Shown here one piece after another: positions 36,720 through 47,879 of a DNA stretch of 64,000 nucleotides. A model generated the notes under the pieces. The model ran no database searches and was not told the DNA's origin. It saw nothing but the letters and a program-made list of their open reading frames with translations. The DNA lies in contig JAUFOQ010000005.1 of assembly GCA_040285855.1 (NCBI GenBank), forward strand, positions 372,001-436,000, given 5' to 3'. The translations under genes were made by a program, and so were the position numbers. Source of the stretch: Eukaryota sp. GEM-RC1 (taxonomy: Eukaryota). How positions within the stretch are numbered: position 1 is the stretch's first letter; the number at the start of each line of letters is the position of its first letter.

Positions 36720-37040
36720 TAGGCCTGTGCAATCGACTCAAATAGTTCACCAAGTCGACTCCGCTTCGTGAGTTGAGTTGAGTCGACTCATGATATATCA
36801 AAGCGGAGTCGAGTTGACTACTATCTATTTCAAACCAAGTCGAGTCGAATCAAAGCCTCTATTAAGTTCCGTTTACATTAAACCAGTTTATGACTATTGT
36901 AAGCTACTTTTGTAGATAGTAAAGCGAAGTTGAGATAACAATTTGTGAATGTACAATCCTCTAAGTATGACTTAGAAGTCGAACTCAGTCGAACTCAGTC
37001 GACCCCGCTCGTGAGTCGAGTCGAGTTGTACACAGGTATA
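36720..37040. mobile_element. hAT-type MITE (321 bp)
   Basis: Imperfect TIRs TAGGCCTGTGCAA / TGTACACAGGTATA, perfect 8-bp TSD ATGTTTTC, and many GAGTCGA subterminal repeats. Confidence 0.85.
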
Positions 37041-37437
37041 ATGTTTTCCGTTAATTTTAGGATGTATACTATGAGCTAAATGTAAATTTCATTGAAATGA
37101 TACACACTCGGACACGTTTGTATCATTTATTGGAGATCTAGCAACACTCTCTACGCTTTGTTATTGATGCGTTTTCCTACAACTTACCTCTAGAACCAGT
37201 GTGTCTGATAAGTCCAGAATTTGAACTTAGAATTGATGCATATCTGTATGAAACTCTTTTGATCTTCTGTTGAAGAACTTGATTTCAATGTTCTTCAGTC
37301 ATTGCTAAGTGTTTGATATGTATTCTTTCTAATTGCGGCTCTTTGATTGCTAATACTGTGAGTACTAATTGTGGTAGTTCTTCTGTCAAATAAAATGAAA
37401 TCAAATCATAATTTCAAAAACTCAAAAGGCAAACAAT

Positions 37438-39960
37438 CTACAGTAAATGTATTTTTACAAAACCATCTCCATCATTACTTCCACTAGTATTTACTGGATT
37501 TAATCCTGAATTGAAAGATCCAGCTCCATACGAGGGGTATGTATTGTTGAACTGAGCATGAGGGACTACACTACCCCCGGTATACCCCCCGCCTCCGCCT
37601 CCTTCATGTCTGGCACCTCCACCACCACCAAATCCTCCGTCAGCTCTTTTAGAATAATTAGTATCACTTTGACCACCCATTCCTCCATTAAGAAAGGACT
37701 TACCTCCAGTACTATTACCATCAGTTCTATTCTGACCATCAAGAGCGAATCCACCTCCACCACTACCTCTTCCTCCTTTGCCAACACCTTCAGTGAAATC
37801 TACTCTACCATTAGGTCCGTTTGTAGTCCATCGGGACTTATTCTGCCCATTACCACCTCCTGCAACTATTAAAGGAGAAGAATTCAAAACAACAAAGGAA
37901 CCACCTCCACCTCCTCCGGCGGCATTACCATTGCCTTGAGCATCACACCCGACCTGACCAACCAATATTTTAATAATTTGACCAGATTTCAATTCAAACT
38001 CACCAATCATTACTGCTCCTTTTCCAGGTTTAGTTGAAGTGTTATAACCATTATTACCACCTCTAGCTCCAGCACATTCAATTCTATACATTCCAGTTAA
38101 AGGTACAGTCCAATGTTGAATCCCATCAATAACATTAAAATTTTGAATATTTTTAAAATATTCATGATTATAAGCACCAATACAGTCCTCAAGAGAAGGC
38201 CCAGTTCTACCTGTTTTTCCTGCATTGGTAAAGGTAAATGGGAAAGGAACCGAAAACATGAAAAACTCCTTATATTGAGAGTTAGTTAGTGATAATTGAG
38301 AGTTACTTTGCTTTAAAGTGGCGACATTCTTTTCTAACTCGGATTTGTCATTAGATAAAGTCTGAATGGTATCGTCAGATGCCTTTTTTTGCTGTGAAAG
38401 ATCCGAGAATTTAACCTGTTGAAATGTCAGAACAATTAAAGCATTATCAGCAAAATACTTTTGGAAGAATTGACACAGTTTTGAATCATTTTTTAATTCT
38501 GCAAATATTTCGAAAATAGCAACAGGATCTGTCACCTTCAAATCAAAACCATTCACACATTCATGAAATACGTCAACATCCCAATCAAAATATCTCCAAG
38601 AATCAACAAGACTTTTGGCCAAAAACTTGGAATAATCAGATGTAACTGAAGGAGAAAGAAGTTTGAAAGCTAAAGGTGATGGAGAAAATCCTTGAAAACT
38701 ATGTAGAAACTCAAAAGGAACAACTTTCATAAAATTGACAACAAAATATTCCAGATCAGATTTAGCTCTATCAGCAGCTTGAAAAGTCCATAAAAACCAA
38801 TGAGGGGGAATTTTGTCCAATTGTTTAATATTTGAAAAAGTATCCACTGACCATTGTGATAAAACAGACTCAAAAGATTTTTCATCAAATAAAGGTTGAA
38901 TTAAAGTGTACAAATTGTTGTAATCAAATTGATGAATATCAATTAAAATTAAAATGGAATTTAGTTCTTCACCATTTAACTCTTGATTTTTAAAAGTTTC
39001 TAAAAGACATTGAAAAAGCCACCAATGATCAACAATAGGAAACAACCTTTGAAGTATTTCAACAGACAATGGTAATGAATCCAGTTTCAAGGGTTGAGAA
39101 AGATTTTTAAAAATATTTAAAATTTCTTCAACAAAGTGAACTTGATTACGAACATTTGCTGAATTCAAAAGTGACAATAATTCCAAATCAGTAAAAGTAT
39201 TTGTCAGTAAAAACGTCTTACAAGCTTCCAAAAGCTCTGGAACTTGGAAATAAAAGGACAATTGATAAAAACTTAAAACAGTTGAAATATTGAGCTTAAT
39301 TGAATCTGAATAGAACAAATTAAAAAATTGTTCAAAAATATTTTCTTCTACTCCTACGAATTCAGATTCATAAGTGATTTTTCGATCGTTTGAATCAATA
39401 AAACTAGTAGAGAATTGGTTCAGAAAAGTTGCTGACGTGGCAACTAAAATTAGGGAATTTGTTTGAAGGTGTACTTCCTTGTAAGTAATTGACACGTCAC
39501 TAGGAGCAAACTTTCTAAAATTAGACACAATCACGTCGTGATTTAATTGGAAAGTAAACGTTTCCTTCAAGTTCAATTCAGATGCAATAAGGGAGAAAAT
39601 AAAATCATAGAGATGTGTGTATTTGAGACAAGAAGCAACGACACCGAGCGGGGGAAGTTCTTGAGCGGAAAAAGAGACGCTTTGGCCATAGAAAGAGCCC
39701 AAGACTTTGAAGAAGAGAGAGGAATCGGGAAGTAAATGGAAAAGGAGATCGAGACCATCTACTTTGGAGGAAGAAAACAGTTTGGTTTGAAGAAGTTCAC
39801 TGAAGAGAGAAACGACGGCAGAATGACAAGGAAACTGGTCATCGTGAAGGGAAATGGAGGAGTCAATGAGAACACCTTCTTTACGAAGACTACAAAGCTT
39901 TGCAGTGATTGTAGAAGGAGGGAAGGCGAAGGTTTTGGTAGGAGAAGATTCAGTCCCCAT
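37438..39960 (-). CDS. Tandem BTB/POZ protein with coiled coil and C-terminal ALK/LTK-type glycine-rich domain (~840 aa)
   Basis: BTB1 LRKEGVLIDSSI...FPCHSAVVSLFSELL, BTB2 SDVSITY...NSLILVATS...YFQVPELLEAC, then FTNAGKTGRTGP...GIQHWTVPLTGMYRIECAGARGG...ILVGQ...GGFGGGGG...GFVKI. Confidence 0.85.
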   Translation of the reverse strand: MGTESSPTKTFAFPPSTITAKLCSLRKEGVLIDSSISLHDDQFPCHSAVVSLFSELLQTKLFSSSKVDGLDLLFHLLPDSSLFFKVLGSFYGQSVSFSAQELPPLGVVASCLKYTHLYDFIFSLIASELNLKETFTFQLNHDVIVSNFRKFAPSDVSITYKEVHLQTNSLILVATSATFLNQFSTSFIDSNDRKITYESEFVGVEENIFEQFFNLFYSDSIKLNISTVLSFYQLSFYFQVPELLEACKTFLLTNTFTDLELLSLLNSANVRNQVHFVEEILNIFKNLSQPLKLDSLPLSVEILQRLFPIVDHWWLFQCLLETFKNQELNGEELNSILILIDIHQFDYNNLYTLIQPLFDEKSFESVLSQWSVDTFSNIKQLDKIPPHWFLWTFQAADRAKSDLEYFVVNFMKVVPFEFLHSFQGFSPSPLAFKLLSPSVTSDYSKFLAKSLVDSWRYFDWDVDVFHECVNGFDLKVTDPVAIFEIFAELKNDSKLCQFFQKYFADNALIVLTFQQVKFSDLSQQKKASDDTIQTLSNDKSELEKNVATLKQSNSQLSLTNSQYKEFFMFSVPFPFTFTNAGKTGRTGPSLEDCIGAYNHEYFKNIQNFNVIDGIQHWTVPLTGMYRIECAGARGGNNGYNTSTKPGKGAVMIGEFELKSGQIIKILVGQVGCDAQGNGNAAGGGGGGSFVVLNSSPLIVAGGGNGQNKSRWTTNGPNGRVDFTEGVGKGGRGSGGGGFALDGQNRTDGNSTGGKSFLNGGMGGQSDTNYSKRADGGFGGGGGARHEGGGGGGYTGGSVVPHAQFNNTYPSYGAGSFNSGLNPVNTSGSNDGDGFVKIHLL

Positions 39961-40203
39961 ATCAACTTGAATCAAGATGGAATGAATTTGAACCAGTGTA
40001 AATGCGCGCTTTTTCCACAAACGCACATACAATTGCGCCGTTTATTTACTCTTACAAATACAAACTATCATCAATATTAACAAATGAGATACAAATACCT
40101 CTACATCATCTCAAATTCATGTCTCTTAGCAAAGAGACTATTCAAAATCGAATCAAAATACCTAAACAAAGCTTTTAAAAGGGAAAACGACAACCTTCCA
40201 CTC

Positions 40204-41124
40204 CAGTAACTTTCCAGAAATGAAATACGTCAAAATGCGCGCATTTTACGTGCGCATTGTGATTGCGAACTTGAGACATCCCACAAAAAAAACTTTTTCG
40301 TCATACTGATACATGTACTTGTAATTCTCTATATACCATGTCCGTTTCGAGATATATCAAAATCCCATTATTCGGCATCACGCTACAATTGTACACCAAC
40401 CTCCTTCCAAAGGTTCTGATGTATCAGAAGCTACAGTTCATTGTCATCATTGTGTCCACCAGTCCGTCACTGGAACTAATCGTTTAAAACAACACTTTGT
40501 ACTGAGGACGATGTAATGTTTTATTGTTCAAAACTGTGTTCAAAGTCTTTAAGCTGAGTTGAGAGCTCGAAAACGCACATCGTCTCTTACATCATCACCT
40601 TCATCTCATTAAACAACTGTTACTGTTGATCCCATACTCTATACAGAAAATGTGTTTCAACTTTAAGGACAAACAGTGGACGTTGGTGTCTTAATAAATG
40701 GTATTTAAACCATATTTCATTCAGTATGTATTCAATATTAACCGTTTATGGTTTTGTATGGATTTACATTGTTCGTAAATATGGATAAAACAGACTTTTG
40801 ATCAAAAGTTTTGGTTGAATCCCACTAACTTCACAGATTTCAAACCAATTCACATTGTGATATCAAAAGAATGTTCATTGAATTGTATACAATACAACTT
40901 TACATTTGTCCAACGAAAGAGGTACTGCAAAACACTGTTTTGAGATCAACATCACTGTTATTGTGTATGGAGACATGTACAGAAGCACAACAAAAAAATT
41001 CCAAAACCAATCTCAAAGTCAAAATGCACAAGATCACAAAATCCCAAATGCGTAAAAGCCGTCAAAATGCGCCAAGTAAGCAACATGCGTACATTTGACG
41101 TTTTGGTGCATTTCTGAAAATTGA
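40204..41124. mobile_element. Possible non-autonomous hAT derivative with BED-finger remnant
   Basis: Imperfect inverted ends (TTCCAGAAATG...ACGTCAAAATGCGCGCAT versus ATGCGTACATTTGACG...CATTTCTGAAAA) and internal VHCHHC...GTNRLKQHF at ~40435. No TSD. Confidence 0.45.
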
Positions 41125-41174
41125 TAAGACTGATTTGAACTCTACCACTGAGACATCGTCCGAAAGACTTCTTT

Positions 41175-41465
41175 TTGTTGATGAAGAGACCTCCTCATTT
41201 GGATCTTAGGAACAGAACAACATTCAAAAATGATTTTGGATCGAAATAAATCTATGTTTGGAGCTTTTGTTGAGATAATCACCTAGACAAACGGAAAAAC
41301 TTCCCTAGAAATTCATAAGCAATACTTGTTCAAAAGCCAGGACTTTCGCTGACTTTAATCTTTATGTATTGGAGTTGGGGCCTTTGGATCGCTCCTATCA
41401 CGTGAAAAATTTGAGTGAAGAAAAGAAAAAGTCGTTGGTCTTTAATCGACTGCAAAGAATTGAAA
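41175..41465 (+). pseudogene. BRCT/XPA-C-like family fragment
   Basis: CTTAGGAACAGAACAACATTCAAAAATGATTT...TGTTTGGAGCTTTTGTTGA matches the family, and the following part resembles copy 2. Confidence 0.7.
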
Positions 41466-42324
41466 ATTCTGAGATTCTGAAATTTTCTGAGTAGGTTAAT
41501 GTTTGCTTTGTTTCGTTCAATGCATAGATATTTTAATTCAATTTTAGGTAAGTTGTTCGGTAATGGACAGAAGGTTCATAGTGTAGATACTTCAGTTAGT
41601 GTCTGTTAGTTATTATCTTCTGCAAATGCGTTAGTTTCACTGATTGAACATAAACCCCGTTTTTAAGAATTGAATTAGTTACAGAAGAATTACGTGCAGA
41701 GGAGATTCGTCGAGCTGGAACTTAAATCAGTCCCTTCAGTATATTGAAAACAACTTCTCCTAAGATTACGTTCTGTTTTCGTCAGTGATTTCATTTTCCA
41801 CTCTTTTTCAAGTTATATACGTTAACCTGTTTGTTTACCCCTAGTTCATCTAGAAATAGCAGCAAAGGGATAAATATACAATCCCAATGCCCTATTTTAA
41901 GTTTATGATTGATTGAAAAGTTCAGAGAAAATATCGCTCCTATCAGCATGCAGGCTTGGTGAATTCAGCATGTTGGATTTTATGTTCAGAGTAGATGGTG
42001 GACAGTTTCTAAATACAAAACCGCATGAGTTGGTACAAGTTCAGATTTATAATGTTTAACACTCGTCGATAAAATATCAACTAAATGATTTATCAGGTAT
42101 TGGTTTCGTTTCATCTACATTGTACATGTAGATATCTTTGCAAAGCCGCGTTTGCTCGAGGTGGTTTTTTGAATTCTGAAATCAGAAAGATATGATATTT
42201 TAATTCTCCTTCTCTTCAATACTTCAACGAATTGACAAGACCAGTTGATGTACTGTCCCCTGATATTTGGTCTTTTTGCTCAGCAAGCACTCGTGTCAAA
42301 CTCCAGATTTAATTATCAAATATT

Positions 42325-43004
42325 CAGGGGCTGTCAAAATTGAATTGGACTTCCAATTATTGCCAATAAATAATTGCAATAATTGATTGGTACCACTTAC
42401 AGAATTGCCAATTAATTGCCAATTAATAGAGTCCATATTGAGAGAATTACGAAACTCGTTTTTGTTGTAAAACAGAATAAATAATGTACATAATATCAAC
42501 CTTTCATTTTTATGATTGACAAATCGCGCAAATCTTAGCAACCGCGCCTTCGTCTACTACCCCTAATTTACCAATAGGCGAAATCTGACAGACGAAGGCA
42601 GTTGAAGAAGAAAAAGATGTCTTGTTAATAGTTCAAAAATTGATTTAAGATTTATTCCTTCCACAAGTGTCGAAGTAGAAAGACTGTTGCCCCAAGTTAT
42701 AGCACAGTATGACCTTTAAAGATAGAATTTGTCATTTGAGTGTAGCTTTGGGACATAGTTGCATGTCTTTTTTTAGTATTTCAATAAAAACTGTTCTGTG
42801 AAAGACGAGATGATTGATAATGAGTTTCTGTAAAGTGTGATCACGAATATTCTCATTTCCTCAAATGTTGTAGTTTTTGGCGAGTTTCTACTAATAATAC
42901 ATAAATTAGTTAATTGGCTTCAATTAATTGCAATTATTGCAATTATTGATTGCTACGTCTTGTTGATGACCAATTAATTGCCAATTCAATTTTGCAAGCC
43001 GCTG
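42325..43004. mobile_element. hAT-type MITE (680 bp)
   Basis: 24-bp TIRs CAGGGGCTGTCAAAATTGAATTGG (3 mismatches), perfect TSD CAAATATT, and an empty site in the paralogous flank at ~2370. Confidence 0.92.
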
Positions 43005-43313
43005 CAAATATTTGTCGACAGTTTTTTGATCTTTTTTGAGAAATAGCAATCACTTATAGCTGTGAACTCAGCAGGAATCTGTGTTGGGGAATTTAAAGAA
43101 AAATAAATCATTGATAAAGAGTATGTCAATGGCGCGTCCGTATTATCTAGGTTGATCATGTTTAAAAAAACTGTCACTAACAATAAAAGAATTATCTTTC
43201 ATTTATAAACTGTATAAAGCTACATGTTGAAAAAACTTCTTCTGTTAAGGCAAACATCATCGACAGTCACATCAGATTTAGTCTCAATGACATTGACAAA
43301 TCCCGTAGTGAGA

Positions 43314-45028
43314 CTAATTGTGAAAATTGGTGTACAAATCAGACTGCAGTTTGGCCTGTTTCTTAGCTTTCTTTCTAGCCTTATATCTAGCTCTTTTCTT
43401 AGCTTTCCTTTGAGCACGTAATTGAGTATGTGACTGTTCATTACTCGTGTTGATTATTTCTTGCATTTGTTCCTGAATTAATTGTTCAGTAACTATTTCA
43501 ATGTTTTGAAGTCGATTGAAAACCGAGCATCTGACAGCATTTGAACAATTTGCAGTAACCTTGTGGATAAGAGTTTTTACAAGGTTTCTTTCAATTCTAA
43601 AATTCGACATGAAGTTTTCCATATCATGGTCAGATATTAATCCAGCAATAAATCCACTTCTCTGTGTTTTAATGGTGAAGTATTCCCCCTTATTACCATA
43701 CTTTCGATTCCAAACGAGTGAACGAACTTCTCGTAAAACCATCTCTTCTGTCACTTCTGCAGTAAGTCTAAAACGTTCAAGAACAAAATCTCTATCAGAA
43801 TCTGAGCAGTCCTTGGTTAGGTTATATATAAAAACAATCTTGTTTAATTGTGATTTCATATTAGTTTTTCCTTTGCCATTCGCTAGGAAATCAGAGCAAT
43901 AATCAGAATTAATGATCTTCGAGGTCCACAAAAAGTCCCTGAAATTCAAAGTAAACCGTAAATATTTGTGAATATAGGAAACTCTTTCATCACGAATTTC
44001 TTGCTTTCTATACAGAAACTTCTCTCTCCTGTCTCTGACTCTTCTATAGTCTTCAAGACCATGTTTAAAAAGGGAAAGTTCCTTGACTTCAATCAAATTG
44101 TATTTACCATTGGAACCATGTAAATAGTTCAACTCTGATTCTGAGATCTTAAAGTCAGTCATTGCTCTTGATTTTGAGCAGTTATAATACAACCTTTCTC
44201 CAGTAAAGTTTACCCTAAGTCCACCAGGATATCGATCAACAAAAGCTCCAAACATTGATTTATTTCGGTCCCAAATCATTTTTGATTGTTCTTCTGTTCC
44301 TAAGAGCCAATGAAGAGCCAAAAGAAGTCGTGGTTCAAGTATGGGAAACTTGAAGTGAGAACTCAGAAGGATGTTGAAGAGAAAGCCAGGATTATCTAGA
44401 GGTTCAACATTAGAATAGAGACATGATCGTTTGGCCTCGGGATTGTAAGTGGGATACAAGGGAGTGAGTAGATGACGTGAGTAGTCAATGAGTTTCTTGG
44501 AAGTAAAGGACTCTGTGATCCAAGCAGTGGTTACAATGGGTAATTGACGAGAATGAGCAGTGGAGAGTATAGGGAGGGGGAGGTGTTTTGGTGGCTTCTG
44601 TTTCCAGAGCAAACGAGAAGTTGAGTGTTGGCTTGCAAGGTTTTATATACCAAATCAGACTCAGAAAGTACGAAGTGGATCTGCTCAGGATTCAGATTCT
44701 TTTCAGCGAGTGAAGTGAGAGTAAGTATAGGGGAAAGACAGTGACTTTGAGAAGAACATAGTTGAGGTGGAAATTGATTGACCAAAGGTAATTCTCCTGA
44801 AGAAATGGCAGCTTCAAACCAATCTTCAGACACAATTGGAACATCTTGAGCAAGAGCTTGATGGTATATCTTAGTTTCTCTGGACAATTCAGAAGTAGAG
44901 CAGATTAACAGATGTAAACGGTCGCCATGTACGCCATGTACGCCGCCATGATGATGTATTAGGTCAATCATGGCATTTTTGAGGTATAGTTGTGGATAAG
45001 AAACACCAATTGAGAGGTTGGTGAACAT
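43314..45028 (-). pseudogene. BRCT/XPA-C-like family copy 3 (frameshifted near 44575-44607)
   Basis: Part of an inverted duplication of 1..2407 spanning ~42288..45260. Confidence 0.8.
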
Positions 45029-45499
45029 GTCGAAAGATTTGTTTACAGTAAAAAATTTCTATATGCCAAAAGAGATTGACTTAAAGAAGAAATACTAACT
45101 ATGTCGTTATTCAGATATTATTACTTAGACCTAGTAGTTTATACATAGATGCAAATACCTTGTCGTGTGATGTATGAGTGCATGTACAATTGATTACAAC
45201 GAAAATGAAATATAACTATGATCAGCAACAAGACTTGGACAAAATTTAAATACAGCTAATACAATCTGTTAACCAAGGCATGTAATTACATATAGTGTGT
45301 TTTTTTCACTAAAGCAGTCACTACAAGAGTGTATCTCCAAGAAAAAATAGAATAACGTTCAACATTGTACTGCAGTTATCTAATTTCTTGTAGACTGTTT
45401 ATGGTTGTAGATGTTTCTGAGTAACTGTGTGGAGTTTCGTTTGTCACAGTTTTTATTATATCATGTACAGTATTTTTGTACCCTCCATCAATAAAATGT

Positions 45500-45640
45500 T
45501 GTTGTTTCTTGAACACAATTCAACAAAATAAGGAAAACTCGATATAATGATATCTAAAGGGCCAACCAAAGAGGTATCATCAGCATACGAGTTTATTCTT
45601 AATCCTGGGAATTCTCTTGAGGTATTGTTTAGTCTCAAAT
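45500..45640 (-). mobile_element. Non-LTR reverse transcriptase fragment
   Basis: PGLRINSYADDTSLVGP (YADD motif). Confidence 0.6.
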
Positions 45641-47879
45641 TCTGTGAAAGCCTTCCAGACTTAGTTATATGAGTGAAGCAAAAACCATTGAACTATCATG
45701 TGTTAAGTGCGGTGGTACTGATGAATAAATCAAACTGCATTTGGGCAATTTCCATGATTGAATCCTTGTCATAAGAGAAACATAAATAGTAAGTTCTGAT
45801 TTGGTATACGCGTTCCAAGACGTTAGATGTCTTCAACTAATTTGAAGCCAATCGATTCGATTTGCCTCTTGTCACGTTGTATGGACTTTAGAATAGATTC
45901 GGGCAGTGTGACTCAATCTAAGTATATCTATATCTTTCCAACTCAAAATTTAAAAATCGTATATCGATGTAATGTAGTTATTGACAGCATGACCCAATTC
46001 CTGTCTTTATACTCCAATAGTGGATAACCCACTGAAAGATCACCTAACTCAGGATTAATTAAGAAGAGTATACTGACCTAAATCACTTCACTTTAAATTT
46101 AAATTATGACTCCACAATGAGGAACTTTATAAAATGAATGTTTTTTTAGTCATGTACATATACCTCTACGTTGAATACGTTCTTAGCAATTTCGTAAAAA
46201 TGGATGTTTTAGAATTAAAATGTGTTCATATGAGGATAGAGTAGAATTGTCCACCTTTACAGTTCCTCCGTGCTAGTTTTGAGCTTTCTGTTGTAAATGA
46301 AGTTGTCTTGTTTCATCAAAATTGTCATTCAAGTTCGATTTCAAAATTTGTCTGGTCGAAATTTTATCAAAAAGTGGAAATGAAAACGGAAATGGAGCAA
46401 TCTGCAAAATGTGGAACCGAATGTGTGTGTGGGGGAATAGAAATTGAAATTAAGAACAAAATGTGGAATGTGTTCGGAATAATCCAATGTAATGCAATTT
46501 GGCCTACTTTAGTGTAGATATACTTTTAACATTGATTGCTCGTGTTGAATCTGATAGAGATTGAAGTCGACAATAAACTAACGTAACTAACAATAAAATC
46601 CTTTTAAAGAATGTTAAATGGAAGAATTTATGGTTACCTTTTTGAGTTCCGAATAATGTTGTTCTATAAGAACCAGTGGCTCAAAAAAAATACATGTATT
46701 TATGATCTTATTGTAGCTAATCAACCTGTTTAATATTTCTAGAATCAAATTGTATTTAGATCATACTTGTATTGTTTATATTTTTCCACCGTGTATCTGT
46801 ATTGTCTCTAAAATCAAAAATGAAACTCAACCTTTGGCCCTTTATAGCACATACAACATACAAAAGAGTAAGTACTTGATCCATCCATTGTTTCGTGAAT
46901 CAAGATAATCCAGTTCAAACTCGTAATATGTAGAGATAAACCATTTTTGAATTTTGGTAAGAACATTTCCGCATTGAGTTCCATGTCTTTATCTCACTAT
47001 CAAGAGTCTCCTAAATTAAAACCTCCTGGGAATCTTTATACAAACATTGTTAACAGCAGCAAAGTAAACATGGAGAATGGTCAAAATCTCCAACAAGATC
47101 ATGGCCGTCTGATGTGGAGGTTGTGGCGGGTTTTTCAAGAAGAACACCTCTCGCTGGGCACGTTTGCATCTGCTCTCATGCTGTGGATTGCAAAATAATA
47201 AAGAAGTTTCTTCATTTCTGGAAGAGCTCAAAGGCAAAGAGGCCAGTGAAGAAAACAACAATAACCAGGAAAAACGTACCATCCTCTGTCAATGAAATAC
47301 GTTGTTTTCTGAGTTTCAAGATCAATATCGTTCAACAGCCAGTATGTTTGCTCCGGTTGCAGAAAAAATTCATGCTCTTATTTGGTGGGAAAACAAGGGC
47401 ATTGACCTCTTTCCATGTCTTTCAGCCTTAGCGATGCAACTCTCTGAGATGTACAGGAGATGAGTACAAGAGCTAAGAAAACCCCTACTCAAGAAATCTC
47501 GAAAAGCATATTAACTTTAGGAATAGAATATTTATTGTATTATGACTTACCTTACTAGTGTTTCATAGACTTTAAACTAGAATTCAGTTTTACAGAAACA
47601 ACTAAGTGAACAAAATGAACCAACACCCAAAATACTAAGTTTATATGAAAAAGTACTCAGGGTTCAAGAATACAAATAATACAAATATAACAATACATAT
47701 GCATTGTATTGCATTTTTTTTCTATTTGTATTATTGTTTGGACCGTGTATATTCCAAGTATGCTTTATAGTGCTTACTATAGAACTGAGATCAGATTGAT
47801 AAAAAGAAATCGTTCAAAATGACATTGGCGGAACGTCATCTGTGTGTTCTTTAAGACTTTTTGAAGAGCAAAACACGTG

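Noticed and set aside
46880..47480. Possible MULE/SWIM transposase relic (CICSH)
   Set aside because: Only one weak motif and no ends found.
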